From positions 1 through 64,000 of the IMG/VR virus record IMGVR_UViG_3300044644_001125: DNA of 64,000 nucleotides; one strand, written 5' to 3'. This document shows, piece by piece, positions 30,112-40,278 of the stretch. Positions within the stretch are counted from its first letter, which is position 1; the number at the start of each line of letters is the position of its first letter. Both the position numbers and the translations under genes were made by a program. Below the pieces are notes generated by a model that ran no database searches, was not told where the DNA came from, and worked only from the letters and a program-made list of their open reading frames with translations.

Positions 30112-30554
30112 TGGCAAGAGGACCTAAGTTCGCACAAGGTAAATTTGAGATGAAGAACCCAGACAAATACATTGGGACTTCTACTCCTTTAGCGCGTTCT
30201 AGTTGGGAATTTGTATTCATGAAAATGCTTGATGAACACCAAAGTGTTCAAAACTGGGCTAGTGAAAGTATCAAAATTCCATATAGAAATCCATTTACCG
30301 GTAAACAAACTGTTTATGTTCCAGACTTTTTCGTTGTATACATAGATAAGAATGGTAAAACACATGCTGAATTGATTGAAGTAAAGCCAGCCAACCAAAC
30401 CTTTGTTGAACAGGTTGGTAAAGGTCAATACAACAAACAACAGTATGTTAAAAACCTAGCTAAATGGGAAGCCGCTAGAGCTTATTGTAATAACAAGAAT
30501 ATCACCTTTCGTGTTGTAACCGAAAATGATATCTTTCATTCAGGAAAGAAGTAA
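30111..30554 (+). CDS. Head completion nuclease (T4 gp4-like)
   Basis: RSSWEF.FMK.LD, WASESIKIPY, YVPDF, LIEVKP, KW.AA motifs. Confidence 0.88.
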   Translation: MARGPKFAQGKFEMKNPDKYIGTSTPLARSSWEFVFMKMLDEHQSVQNWASESIKIPYRNPFTGKQTVYVPDFFVVYIDKNGKTHAELIEVKPANQTFVEQVGKGQYNKQQYVKNLAKWEAARAYCNNKNITFRVVTENDIFHSGKK

Positions 30555-31021
30555 TGACTAAAAAACTTGAAACTCTGCTTAATATCGAAGAAAAAGCACC
30601 ACTTAAAATCAAGTCAAATGAAGAAACACAAGCTGAAGTTGCTAGTATTCAACAAAGCTATAATGAAATCACCGAGATGGCTAAGGGATTACCTAGAATC
30701 CGTGAGTTAGAAAACTTAGGTGAAAGAGAACTTGAAAAACTTGCAAAGAAAGCAGAAGCTGCATACGATGACCTTATGGACTTGGGTATGAATGTAGAAG
30801 TCCGGTATGCAAGCAGAATCTTTGAAGTAGCAAGTAGTATGTTAGGGCACTCAATCTCAGCTAACACAGCTAAGATTGATAAGAAATTAAAAGCAGTTGA
30901 TATGCAACTCAAGAAACTTAAGATGGAAAACAGAGCACCAGAAGATGATATGATCGATGGTACTGCTTATGTTACCTTAGATAGAAACGAGTTGATGTCC
31001 AAACTTTCTGGTAAAGGCTAA
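30554..31021 (+). CDS. Putative terminase small subunit (gp16-like)
   Basis: Helical 155 aa protein with DLGMNVE.RYA.RIFEVA and a C-terminal RNEL; located near the large subunit. Confidence 0.5.
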   Translation: MTKKLETLLNIEEKAPLKIKSNEETQAEVASIQQSYNEITEMAKGLPRIRELENLGERELEKLAKKAEAAYDDLMDLGMNVEVRYASRIFEVASSMLGHSISANTAKIDKKLKAVDMQLKKLKMENRAPEDDMIDGTAYVTLDRNELMSKLSGKG

Positions 31022-31029
31022 ATATAATC

Positions 31030-31596
31030 ATGAAAACACTACATCAATATCTCGCAGAATCGAAAAAAGACTACAACTTTGTTGTTAAGATTGCTGGTCC
31101 GCTACCTGATGAATTTGAAGGTACCTTGAAATCTAAACTAGAACAATTCAAAGTGTTACATTTCGATAAAACAACGACAACACCAATTCAAAAGCAACCT
31201 ATTGACTTCCCAAATAAAGCAAATTGCGAAGTTCATGTGTTTGCTATTACTTGTGATTACCCAGTGATTCCACCTGAAATCGCACAACGTATCAAAGCAA
31301 CCGGTGTTGATGAATCGTCTATTCGAGTTCATAACGCAGAAGACCCTTCACTTGATTACATCCCAGTTGGTGAACAAGTTCCTTCTGGTCATGCGTTATT
31401 ATCAGACCCACATCACAAAGAAGCCCCTGCTATTAATCAAAAAGACCACTACGGTCCAGAATATAACAAAGGTTTCTTAAAAGGTTTGGCTGCTCAAGCC
31501 AAAGACCGTAAGAAAGAATTGGGTCAAAACGTCGAATACAAGATCGCAAAACAGAAAATAGATAAGACTGGCCTTAACAGCGCCATAGGGAGTTAA
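31030..31596 (+). CDS. Putative head/internal virion protein
   Basis: MKTLHQYLAES N-terminus ending in L-x-E; CTAAATA at 31018-31024. Confidence 0.55.
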   Translation: MKTLHQYLAESKKDYNFVVKIAGPLPDEFEGTLKSKLEQFKVLHFDKTTTTPIQKQPIDFPNKANCEVHVFAITCDYPVIPPEIAQRIKATGVDESSIRVHNAEDPSLDYIPVGEQVPSGHALLSDPHHKEAPAINQKDHYGPEYNKGFLKGLAAQAKDRKKELGQNVEYKIAKQKIDKTGLNSAIGS

Positions 31597-31598
31597 AC

Positions 31599-32306
31599 AT
31601 GGATTTTCACAGCCTAGTGGCAAAAATGGGTGAGTTAAGCAAACCCTTAACAGAAAGCGAAGTTAAAATTGGTGAATGCGGAATGGATGCAACTACTCCA
31701 CACAACCCACCTACAATGACAGTTAGCTTGAATGCAAATGGCTTAGATGATATCTCTAGCCTAATGCGATTACTGGTTAAAGTTAACCCAGATATGATGC
31801 CTAAAGATGACAAAGGTCCTACTTTATCAGCAGATCCAAATATCTTAACCATTTCTAACAATCACCCAGAACCTCTTAAAATGCTGCCTGAACCAGCAGA
31901 TTTAGATGGTGATGAAGACGGTGATTTAGATAATGACGAAGATGAAGGAATGGCTGGTTCTATCGCAGGCGGTATTGCCGGTGGAATGGCTACTAAATCT
32001 CTAACAGGTGCTTCTACTGGTGCTAAAATCGGATCAGAAATTCAGGATAAATTCTTTGGTGATGAAGAAGAAACCGAAGAAGATTTAGATGGTGGCTTCC
32101 AATCAGCCAATACTTCAAACAAAGATACCAAAACCTTTGATACTGACAAACTAGTTGGTAAAAGTAATGGCATCGATAAAGAAAAAGATATGGTGAAACA
32201 TAGTTACAAGCAAGGTGATAACCCAATGGCTATGAAAGATCGTGACTTTAAAGAATCAATCAAACTTGATTTACAACAACGTTTGGCTGAAATCAAAGCA
32301 CGTTAA
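31599..32306 (+). CDS. Putative acidic head/internal virion protein
   Basis: PLTES processing-type motif and D/E-rich tracts; in the late operon. Confidence 0.5.
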   Translation: MDFHSLVAKMGELSKPLTESEVKIGECGMDATTPHNPPTMTVSLNANGLDDISSLMRLLVKVNPDMMPKDDKGPTLSADPNILTISNNHPEPLKMLPEPADLDGDEDGDLDNDEDEGMAGSIAGGIAGGMATKSLTGASTGAKIGSEIQDKFFGDEEETEEDLDGGFQSANTSNKDTKTFDTDKLVGKSNGIDKEKDMVKHSYKQGDNPMAMKDRDFKESIKLDLQQRLAEIKAR

Positions 32307-32326
32307 TCTAAAGATTAATCCAAAAG

Positions 32327-32349
32327 AAAGGCACCTACTCGGTGCCTTT
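32327..32349. terminator. Bidirectional terminator between convergent genes
   Basis: AAAGGCACC-TACTC-GGTGCCTTT. Confidence 0.8.
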
Positions 32350-32499
32350 TCTGTTTAATATGTTATAGATTTCCAACTGGCGGTTCAAGTTTTCCAATAC
32401 TTTCTTAGTATAGTAGCATTCACCTAGTTCACTTAGAAGTTTTTCATACCCAATCTTGAATTGATTATAAACTGTCAATTGTTGTTCTGCTTGTGTCAT
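32335..32499 (-). CDS. Small hypothetical protein (54 aa, MTQAEQQLTVYNQF...), not in ORF track
   Basis: ATG at 32499 with AGGAG RBS upstream; open to TAG at 32335. Confidence 0.65.
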   Translation of the reverse strand: MTQAEQQLTVYNQFKIGYEKLLSELGECYYTKKVLENLNRQLEIYNILNRKGTE

Positions 32500-32646
32500 A
32501 GCTTTCTCCTTTCTTGTATTTACATTGGCTCGCTCCTAGCGGAGCTCGCAGCATCTATTATAGGTTTTTAGCACATAATCAACAATAAGTCAATTATCTT
32601 TTAGGGTAAATACAACTAATTAAACCACATAAGGAAATAACCAAAG

Positions 32647-34266
32647 ATGGCAAACAGAAACCTAGATGGCGTTCAAATCTTAAGAGCACATCAAAAACAA
32701 CAATACACACTTGAACAAGTACAACACTTAGAGAAATGTATGGATCCAGTTACTGGACCTCTTTACTTCTGCAAAAACTTCTTGAAAATCCAGCATCCAA
32801 CTAGAGGTGCAATCCCATTTGAACCATACGAATATCAAGAAAGATTGATTCAAGCATATAACGATAATACTTATACAATCGCTATGCTACCACGTCAGAT
32901 GGGTAAAGCACTTTGCAACGAAACTCCTGTATTAACACCAAATGGATTCAAACGAATGGGTGATATCCAAGTCGGTGATACTATCTATACACCTAAAGGT
33001 ACACCAACTGAAGTAACTTTCATTACTGAAACGATGACAAATCGTACTTGTTACAATGTTGAATTCTCACACGGTGAAAGTATTATCGCAGATGCACACC
33101 ACCTTTGGACTTGGTTTGACCCAGGCTACAATGACTTGATTACTGAAAATACCGAATACCTGATTAAACGTGTTAATAAGTTTAAAACGTCAAACATTAG
33201 ACTCAGTATGGATTATACAAAACTCATTGAATTCGACAAGAAACCAATGAAACTAGATCCATATCTAATCGGTATTTGGATGGGTAATGACCCAGAAGTA
33301 AATCAAATGAGATGCTATACTCACGAATATACCAGATATAACGAGATGTTTAAATCCCATGGTCTTACTATGTCTGAATTAACACTAAGAAGACACAGTA
33401 AACGATTGGGTATGTACTCAGTTAATAACCTAGAGTTCATGGTAAAACCGGTTCTTAATAAGGATAATACCTTACCAGAAGAGCTCATGCTCAATGATTC
33501 TGAAACTCGTTTACAAATCATTAGAGGTATTATGGATGTATGCGGTAGTGTATCAGATACTGGGTACTGTACTTTTAAACATACCAATGAGAAAATCATG
33601 GAACAAACACGTTTCATGTTGGCTACTCTAGGTGTTAAAACCCATTTGAAAGTCGAAGTCTGTAAGTTTAAAACCAATTACTATCTTAATTTTTCAACTA
33701 AAGACTTAAGACTATTCAATCTGTCTGAGAAAGTTGATAAAGCTGCATTGAGTAATCACTTCCCAAATAATGAAAGAGTTTATATCAAAAGCATTACCAA
33801 AGCAAAATCAGTACCAGTTAGATGTTTACAAGTGGCAGATAGAAAACATCTATTCCTAGTGGGTAAAACTCTAGTACCAACACATAACACTACTTGTGCA
33901 TGTGGATTCTTGCTCTGGTATACCATGTTTGTTCCCGAAGCCCAAGTACTGATTGCTGCTCACAAATACGCCGGTGCACAAGATATTATGAACCGATATC
34001 GATATGGCTACGAGAACTTACCAGACTTTATCCGTGCCGGTGTTTATTCATATAACAGGAATACAATCGAATTTGATAATGGTGCTCGTATCCAAGCAAC
34101 TACCACTACTGAAAATACAGGTCGAGGTAAGTCGCTCTCTTTGATTTATTGCTTAGATGGAGATACTACTGTTCGTATCAGACACAAGGAAACCCTTGTA
34201 GAAGAAGAGATATCACTCGCTGCGTTATATCAACGACTTGACCCAGCGGTACAGGTTATTGCTTAA
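32647..34266 (+). CDS. terL: Terminase large subunit, fragment 1 (N-extein, cis intein, extein, split-intein N-part)
   Basis: gp17-like IQHP.RG.IPF.PYEYQ; Walker A PRQMGK|TT interrupted by an intein; GRGKSLSLIY followed by CLDGDT intein start and a stop codon. Confidence 0.93.
   Translation: MANRNLDGVQILRAHQKQQYTLEQVQHLEKCMDPVTGPLYFCKNFLKIQHPTRGAIPFEPYEYQERLIQAYNDNTYTIAMLPRQMGKALCNETPVLTPNGFKRMGDIQVGDTIYTPKGTPTEVTFITETMTNRTCYNVEFSHGESIIADAHHLWTWFDPGYNDLITENTEYLIKRVNKFKTSNIRLSMDYTKLIEFDKKPMKLDPYLIGIWMGNDPEVNQMRCYTHEYTRYNEMFKSHGLTMSELTLRRHSKRLGMYSVNNLEFMVKPVLNKDNTLPEELMLNDSETRLQIIRGIMDVCGSVSDTGYCTFKHTNEKIMEQTRFMLATLGVKTHLKVEVCKFKTNYYLNFSTKDLRLFNLSEKVDKAALSNHFPNNERVYIKSITKAKSVPVRCLQVADRKHLFLVGKTLVPTHNTTCACGFLLWYTMFVPEAQVLIAAHKYAGAQDIMNRYRYGYENLPDFIRAGVYSYNRNTIEFDNGARIQATTTTENTGRGKSLSLIYCLDGDTTVRIRHKETLVEEEISLAALYQRLDPAVQVIA
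32908..33888 (+). mobile_element. Class-3-type cis intein (327 aa) with degenerate LAGLIDADG domain, in the terminase Walker A
   Basis: Starts with Ala (ALCNETPV), block B HHLW, block F VRCLQV, ends PTHN followed by Thr; LDPYLIGIWMGND and RGIMDVCG endonuclease-like blocks. Confidence 0.85.
34150..34266 (+). mobile_element. Split intein 1, N-fragment (38 aa)
   Basis: CLDGDTTVRIR...EEISLAALY then stop, just before the Walker B acidic residues. Confidence 0.88.
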
Positions 34267-34330
34267 TGGCTCGCTGACGCTCGCACATATAATATGAAAC
34301 TAAAAGACGTAACTATCCATTAATAGAATA

Positions 34331-34683
34331 CTAAAAGATGATTGTCTTATTAGGTATATTATCTTTTAGTTATGATGTTCTTATAGATGATGTTTATATT
34401 TGATCTATTATCTTTTAGTTATGATGTTCTTATAGATGTTTGTATTAATGGTCTTATTGATGTGAGTTATTAGATAATTATCTTTTAGTTCAAAATGTAT
34501 GGGTTCGTATGGAGTTTATAACGTATGTGTGCATCTGGTAAAAAGCTATAATGTATGGGTTCGAATAGATCTAAAATGTATGTGCGCGAATGGAAACAGC
34601 TATAAGGGAATTATCTTTTAGAGTCAAAATGCGTGTGCGCGTGGCTTAAGCAGGTAGGAAGTAATGGATTCATTATCTTTTAG
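34331..34683. repeat. AT-rich repeat array containing ATTATCTTTTAG x5 and longer direct repeats
   Basis: Copies at 34358, 34407, 34477, 34610, 34672; 33-bp direct repeat 34357-34389 and 34406-34438; 14-bp AATGTATGGGTTCG at 34494 and 34550. Confidence 0.85.
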
Positions 34684-34749
34684 AATTATCTTATACGCTC
34701 CTACTATAATAGATTTAAGATAGAATCATTAATAGCTTTAATAATAGAG

Positions 34750-35230
34750 GCTTTTAATACTGCGGTATGTGGAGCGGAACATCTTAACCCGAAAAACTCG
34801 GGTTAATTCAAAGCATTCTCAATTGGGTTTTAAGTAATTGAAAAGTTCTGCGTACAAGTATCGCATCACAGCAGCAGTAGAGCGTTACAGAGGCGGTCAG
34901 CCGGTACCTCGAGCTCAGTCTTATTAATCTGACGGTGGCCACATGAACAACTGCTACCTCATTCATGCGACGTGGACTTTTTAGTCCATCTTTAGCCTTT
35001 GTAAATCTTTTCGCTATAACACAAATGGGTTGTATGAAGGCATATCCCATAACTCATCTGGTGGGGTAGTGTGTTATATCTCCGTTGCTAACTTCGGAAC
35101 TTCCATCCCTTGTGATCAAGTAGTCCAAGGTTTAAGGGCATCATATCAGTCGCCGATGCAGGCTTTCTTAGCAATTCTCTCGTCTTTCTATGTTCTATCT
35201 AGTAATTCGACGAGCAAGGTTTGGCTGGTG
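34750..35230 (-). ncRNA. Candidate large structured non-coding RNA (family unidentified, ends approximate)
   Basis: No credible ORF; more GC-rich than flanks; stems at 34784-34806, 34890-34910, 34973-34988, 35015-35078, 35108-35130, 35179-35214; strong promoters upstream on the minus strand. Confidence 0.55.
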
Positions 35231-35240
35231 CCTAAAAGAT

Positions 35241-35339
35241 AATAGACTTGGTGTCGGTATTGTATATAGTTCAAATAGACTTTGTGTCGGTAGGATTTGG
35301 TCTCTAAAAGATAATTGAGTAATAGACTTGGTGTCGGTA
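35241..35339. repeat. Three copies of a 19-bp repeat AATAGACTT(G/T)GTGTCGGTA
   Basis: Copies at 35241, 35274 and 35321, interleaved with CTAAAAGATAAT at 35232 and 35304. Confidence 0.85.
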
Positions 35340-35386
35340 TGGATTTGAGATGGTCTCGGTAAACTGCTTTTGTGTAAGTATGATTA

Positions 35387-35415
35387 ATTATAACTTAGAT
35401 TATGGGGACTGTCAA
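35387..35415 (-). promoter_or_regulatory. Consensus sigma70 promoter facing the non-coding region
   Basis: Minus strand TTGACA (35415-35410), 17 bp, TATAAT (35392-35387). Confidence 0.9.
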
Positions 35416-35457
35416 CCTATTTTTCAAGGTATCTCGGGTAATTCTTTAGTATAGTTA

Positions 35458-35486
35458 ATTGTAATCTATTTTGATTGGGTTGTCAA
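35458..35486 (-). promoter_or_regulatory. Second tandem sigma70 promoter
   Basis: Minus strand TTGACA (35486-35481), 17 bp, TACAAT (35463-35458). Confidence 0.85.
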
Positions 35487-35489
35487 CTG

Positions 35490-36203
35490 TTATTTTGGAA
35501 GATTATCGAAAAACTCTGTGTATGGGTCGTTTTTGATATTACTGTACTCAACTCGCAATCCTTTTAATTTTTCTTCCTGACCAGCAATTAGATCATCAAA
35601 ATTGCCATTTTGATTATGTTTATGTAATGCTTCTATTGCTGCTTTTATTTGTTCAGCTTGGTTTTTGATGCCTTCTAATTGAGTATTAACTAGTTTATTA
35701 TGATATTCAATTGCTTTGGCTTTGGTCGCTTCCCAGTCATATTCCACTCCATTGGAATTAAGAAACTTTTCTACTTTAGCCTTGCGACCGTATTCGTTCG
35801 CAACTCTCTGCAAATTACCCATTTCATCCCTAGCCAACATCTCATCAATGTTAGCCTGTAGGTCATCAACAAAACGAATCTTAGATTTTATTTTCTCACT
35901 TTGTTGTTTCGGTGCACCTTCAGCCGAACGCTCCCATTGAATAACGGTACCACCTTTATTTGTTGTTTTTTCAACTCTGGTAATACCAATATCGTCTAAG
36001 TAGAAATCAATACGAAATTGATTCTTATACATAGAACCTTGGGTAGAAAAGAACTTTTCACCGTCTAAGTCGTGTGCGTTTGATAGGATGAATTTAGCTT
36101 GTTTCTCTGATTTAAACTTACCATCATTGTAATCTTTTAAACCATATAATGTTTTTGCAATATCACCCTCTGTGGCTTCTGCTAATATGTCTTTTACTTG
36201 CAT
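35490..36203 (-). CDS. Putative internal head protein, coiled-coil C-terminus
   Basis: MQVKDILAEA N-terminus; GAGGA RBS; late-type ATAAATA on the minus strand at 36236-36230. Confidence 0.6.
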   Translation of the reverse strand: MQVKDILAEATEGDIAKTLYGLKDYNDGKFKSEKQAKFILSNAHDLDGEKFFSTQGSMYKNQFRIDFYLDDIGITRVEKTTNKGGTVIQWERSAEGAPKQQSEKIKSKIRFVDDLQANIDEMLARDEMGNLQRVANEYGRKAKVEKFLNSNGVEYDWEATKAKAIEYHNKLVNTQLEGIKNQAEQIKAAIEALHKHNQNGNFDDLIAGQEEKLKGLRVEYSNIKNDPYTEFFDNLPK

Positions 36204-36253
36204 TGAATTTCCTCATTTAACTGATCTTGTATTTATGATGCATCAATTATCTT

Positions 36254-36532
36254 TTAGACATCACGAACAGCAAGCACACTCCATTTACAACTTTTCAAAT
36301 CAGTGCCACGTTCAACAAGATCTGGAAATGGATATAAACTTTTAGCATGTCGATCACCATGCTCTTCACTCGACCAATACCAGTGAATTCCTGTAAATGC
36401 TCTAAACTCCCTAAACTCTGCTTCAGTTGGCAATCTCCAACCAATTCTACCATCTACATTTAATGCAAAACAGTAAAATTTGGCAGTATCCCAGTCCATG
36501 CTTAATTTGGTTTCGTAGAATTCTAGGGTCAT
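36254..36532 (-). CDS. DUF1566/Lcl C-terminal (C-type-lectin-like) domain protein
   Basis: WDTAKFYC..L...GWRLPTEAE, YWSS, VLAVR; start at 36532 by TAATG coupling. Confidence 0.75.
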   Translation of the reverse strand: MTLEFYETKLSMDWDTAKFYCFALNVDGRIGWRLPTEAEFREFRAFTGIHWYWSSEEHGDRHAKSLYPFPDLVERGTDLKSCKWSVLAVRDV

Positions 36533-37131
36533 TAGAGATCTCTTACCGGGTGAATTAAACACGTTTCATCCGGATCATTGCCAATATCATCGGAATGCCA
36601 AAAATAAGCATGCATAAGGTTAAAGTAATAACATTCTTCCGGTGTGGGAAACCGCCAGCCAACCTTACCATCGATATTAAGTGAAAAACAATACATCTGC
36701 GCTTCTTCTAATGATGTAGCTTTGATATACGACTGTGGTGCTAACTCAACTGGTATGTTATAAAATGGTTCTATTGTTCTAACAGCTCTAACATGCAATT
36801 CATAATCATCAAACCCCTCATCGTCTGAATCAGTTAGGAAGTCGTAGGTTTGTATAACAGTAAGCGGTTCTTCTTCTGATTCAACTATTCTATAACTACT
36901 AGACCAATATTCTGGAGTCTCAACCGATCCATCAACATACGCATCGCATAACTTAGTATCTAATCTAACTTCTTGTATGTATTGTTCCCGTATTATGTAC
37001 ATTTCGATGATGGTAGGTAACCTCCAACCTTCTTTATCATCTGCTACAAGATTGTCACAGTATTCAAGGGCATCTTCCCAAGTCGATACAACCTCTGTGC
37101 TTTTTGGTGCTAATTCTAAGTTAAAGTTCAT
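36532..37131 (-). CDS. Tandem DUF1566/Lcl domain protein
   Basis: WEDALEYC...GWRLPT..E...YWSSS...VRAVR followed by a second EEAQMYC...GWRFPT..E domain; ATG at 37131. Confidence 0.75.
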   Translation of the reverse strand: MNFNLELAPKSTEVVSTWEDALEYCDNLVADDKEGWRLPTIIEMYIIREQYIQEVRLDTKLCDAYVDGSVETPEYWSSSYRIVESEEEPLTVIQTYDFLTDSDDEGFDDYELHVRAVRTIEPFYNIPVELAPQSYIKATSLEEAQMYCFSLNIDGKVGWRFPTPEECYYFNLMHAYFWHSDDIGNDPDETCLIHPVRDL

Positions 37132-37164
37132 ATAGATATCAAAATGTAAGTTATTGGTATGGTA

Positions 37165-37193
37165 ACTATACCATATAAGTAGACGTGACGCAA
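37165..37193 (-). promoter_or_regulatory. Sigma70-type promoter for the DUF1566 pair
   Basis: Minus strand TTGCGT (37193-37188), 17 bp, TATAGT (37170-37165). Confidence 0.6.
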
Positions 37194-37264
37194 ACATTAT
37201 CTTTTAGAAATGTTAAATAGAGGTAATAAACTAATTACTTATTAATTTCAAACGGTGAACTATC

Positions 37265-38894
<1,630 letters not shown>

Positions 38895-38936
38895 ATACAC
38901 GAAACCATTACTTAAATTTTCATCAGGGATTATCAC

Positions 38937-39965
38937 ATGAGCAAGGCAACCTATTTATTATCTCCAATTGACGGAAACACCTACTGCAAAACCAATGGTA
39001 AGTTCACTATACATCTTAGGGAATATGGACTTACCTATCAAGATTATTATGAAACTTATATACTTGGGTATTGTCCAATATGTGCATGCGGGTCTAAAGT
39101 TACGATGAATGTATCGACCCATTTACATCCACGCAGTTGTGGAAAGCCTGTGTGTGTTGGTAAAATCACCAGCGATGTTAAACAGAATTGGACTCCGGAA
39201 CAGAGAGAGCAGGATTCAGCCAATAAGAAAGCCGCAAGTGCTGCAGAGACACCGGAGAAAAAACAACAGCGAAACGATAAACGTAAAGCAACTAACTTAA
39301 AAAATCACGGCGTTGAGTGGTCTACCCAGTCGGAAACAATGAAATCTAAGTCAAAACAGACTAAACTTGTACGACACGGTGATGAAAACTACAATAACAG
39401 CAAGATGATCAGTGCAACCAATCTAGCAAAACCTAGAGAGGAAAAAGACGAGATCAATGAAAAACGACGTCTAACTAATTTAGATATGCATGGTGTCGAA
39501 AACTGCTGTTTGATTCCGGGAAATTCGAGTAAATCGAATAAAGGAAACGCGAAGATTAAAGATTACACATTGCCATCTGGTAAGGTTATTGGAGTTCGTG
39601 GTTACGAACCAAATGCAATGGATACCTTATTAGAATCGTATCAAGAATCTGATATATTGATGCACGATGATTACTCAGAATATCAAATCCAAGTTTTCAG
39701 CTATACCTCGGACAAAGGTAGAATCGCGAAATACTACCCAGACATTTATATCCCTTCGGAAAACCGAATTATTGAGATCAAAAGTCAATGGTGGTGGGAT
39801 GGTAATGGTAAGACTGACGAAAAATATACAACCCGACTTGCGAATAATCTTAGAAAAAGGCAAGCCGTGATTGATGCTGGATATAATTACGAAGTGTGGT
39901 TATTTACTAGCAAGACAAACTATAGAGTACTAAAAGATGATGCAGACTTTCAAACCAAACACTAA
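38937..39965 (+). CDS. Free-standing PD-(D/E)XK-type endonuclease
   Basis: VRGYEP, YYPDIYIPSENRIIEIKS motif; N-terminal Cys motif and K..TNL..HGVE repeats; TTAAATA at 38891-38897. Confidence 0.72.
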   Translation: MSKATYLLSPIDGNTYCKTNGKFTIHLREYGLTYQDYYETYILGYCPICACGSKVTMNVSTHLHPRSCGKPVCVGKITSDVKQNWTPEQREQDSANKKAASAAETPEKKQQRNDKRKATNLKNHGVEWSTQSETMKSKSKQTKLVRHGDENYNNSKMISATNLAKPREEKDEINEKRRLTNLDMHGVENCCLIPGNSSKSNKGNAKIKDYTLPSGKVIGVRGYEPNAMDTLLESYQESDILMHDDYSEYQIQVFSYTSDKGRIAKYYPDIYIPSENRIIEIKSQWWWDGNGKTDEKYTTRLANNLRKRQAVIDAGYNYEVWLFTSKTNYRVLKDDADFQTKH

Positions 39966-40278
39966 GAACTTAAAGGTACTAACACCAGATGGATTCCAAC
40001 CCTTCTCTGGTGTTAGTATGCGTGGAGTTAAACCAATTATTCGATTAACATTCGAAAAAGACGTATGGATAGAATGCACACCTGAGCATAAATTCTACAT
40101 CTCTGAAACTGAACAAAAGTTAGCAAGTGATTTTAGGATTGGTGATACCATATTAAGTTCGGATGGTGATTTGAAGTTAATCACTTCTGAAGATTTGGGT
40201 AGAACTGAACCAGTATACGATTTAATTGAAGTTGCTAACGGTCATCGGTTCTATGCGAATTCACTATTAAGTTCGAAT
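39937..40278 (+). mobile_element. Split intein 2, C-fragment (114 aa)
   Basis: VLTPDGF, block B CTPEHKF, FRIGD, block F VYDLIEV, HRFYANSLLSSN|C. Confidence 0.88.

Noticed and set aside
35040-35075. tmRNA or tRNA-like 3' end (CCCCACCA on the minus strand)
   Set aside because: No T-arm or acceptor stem precedes it and it lies inside a longer stem
34808-35242. Track ORFs 34808..35050 (-) and 35030..35242 (+) as real proteins
   Set aside because: No RBS, atypical composition and no recognisable motif; the region is better explained by RNA structure
35232-35339. CRISPR array
   Set aside because: Only three 19-bp units with unequal short spacers (14 and 28 nt), no palindromic repeat and no cas genes in the window
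36254-37131. Complete diversity-generating retroelement
   Set aside because: No reverse transcriptase, Avd or adenine-variant template repeat is visible in the window
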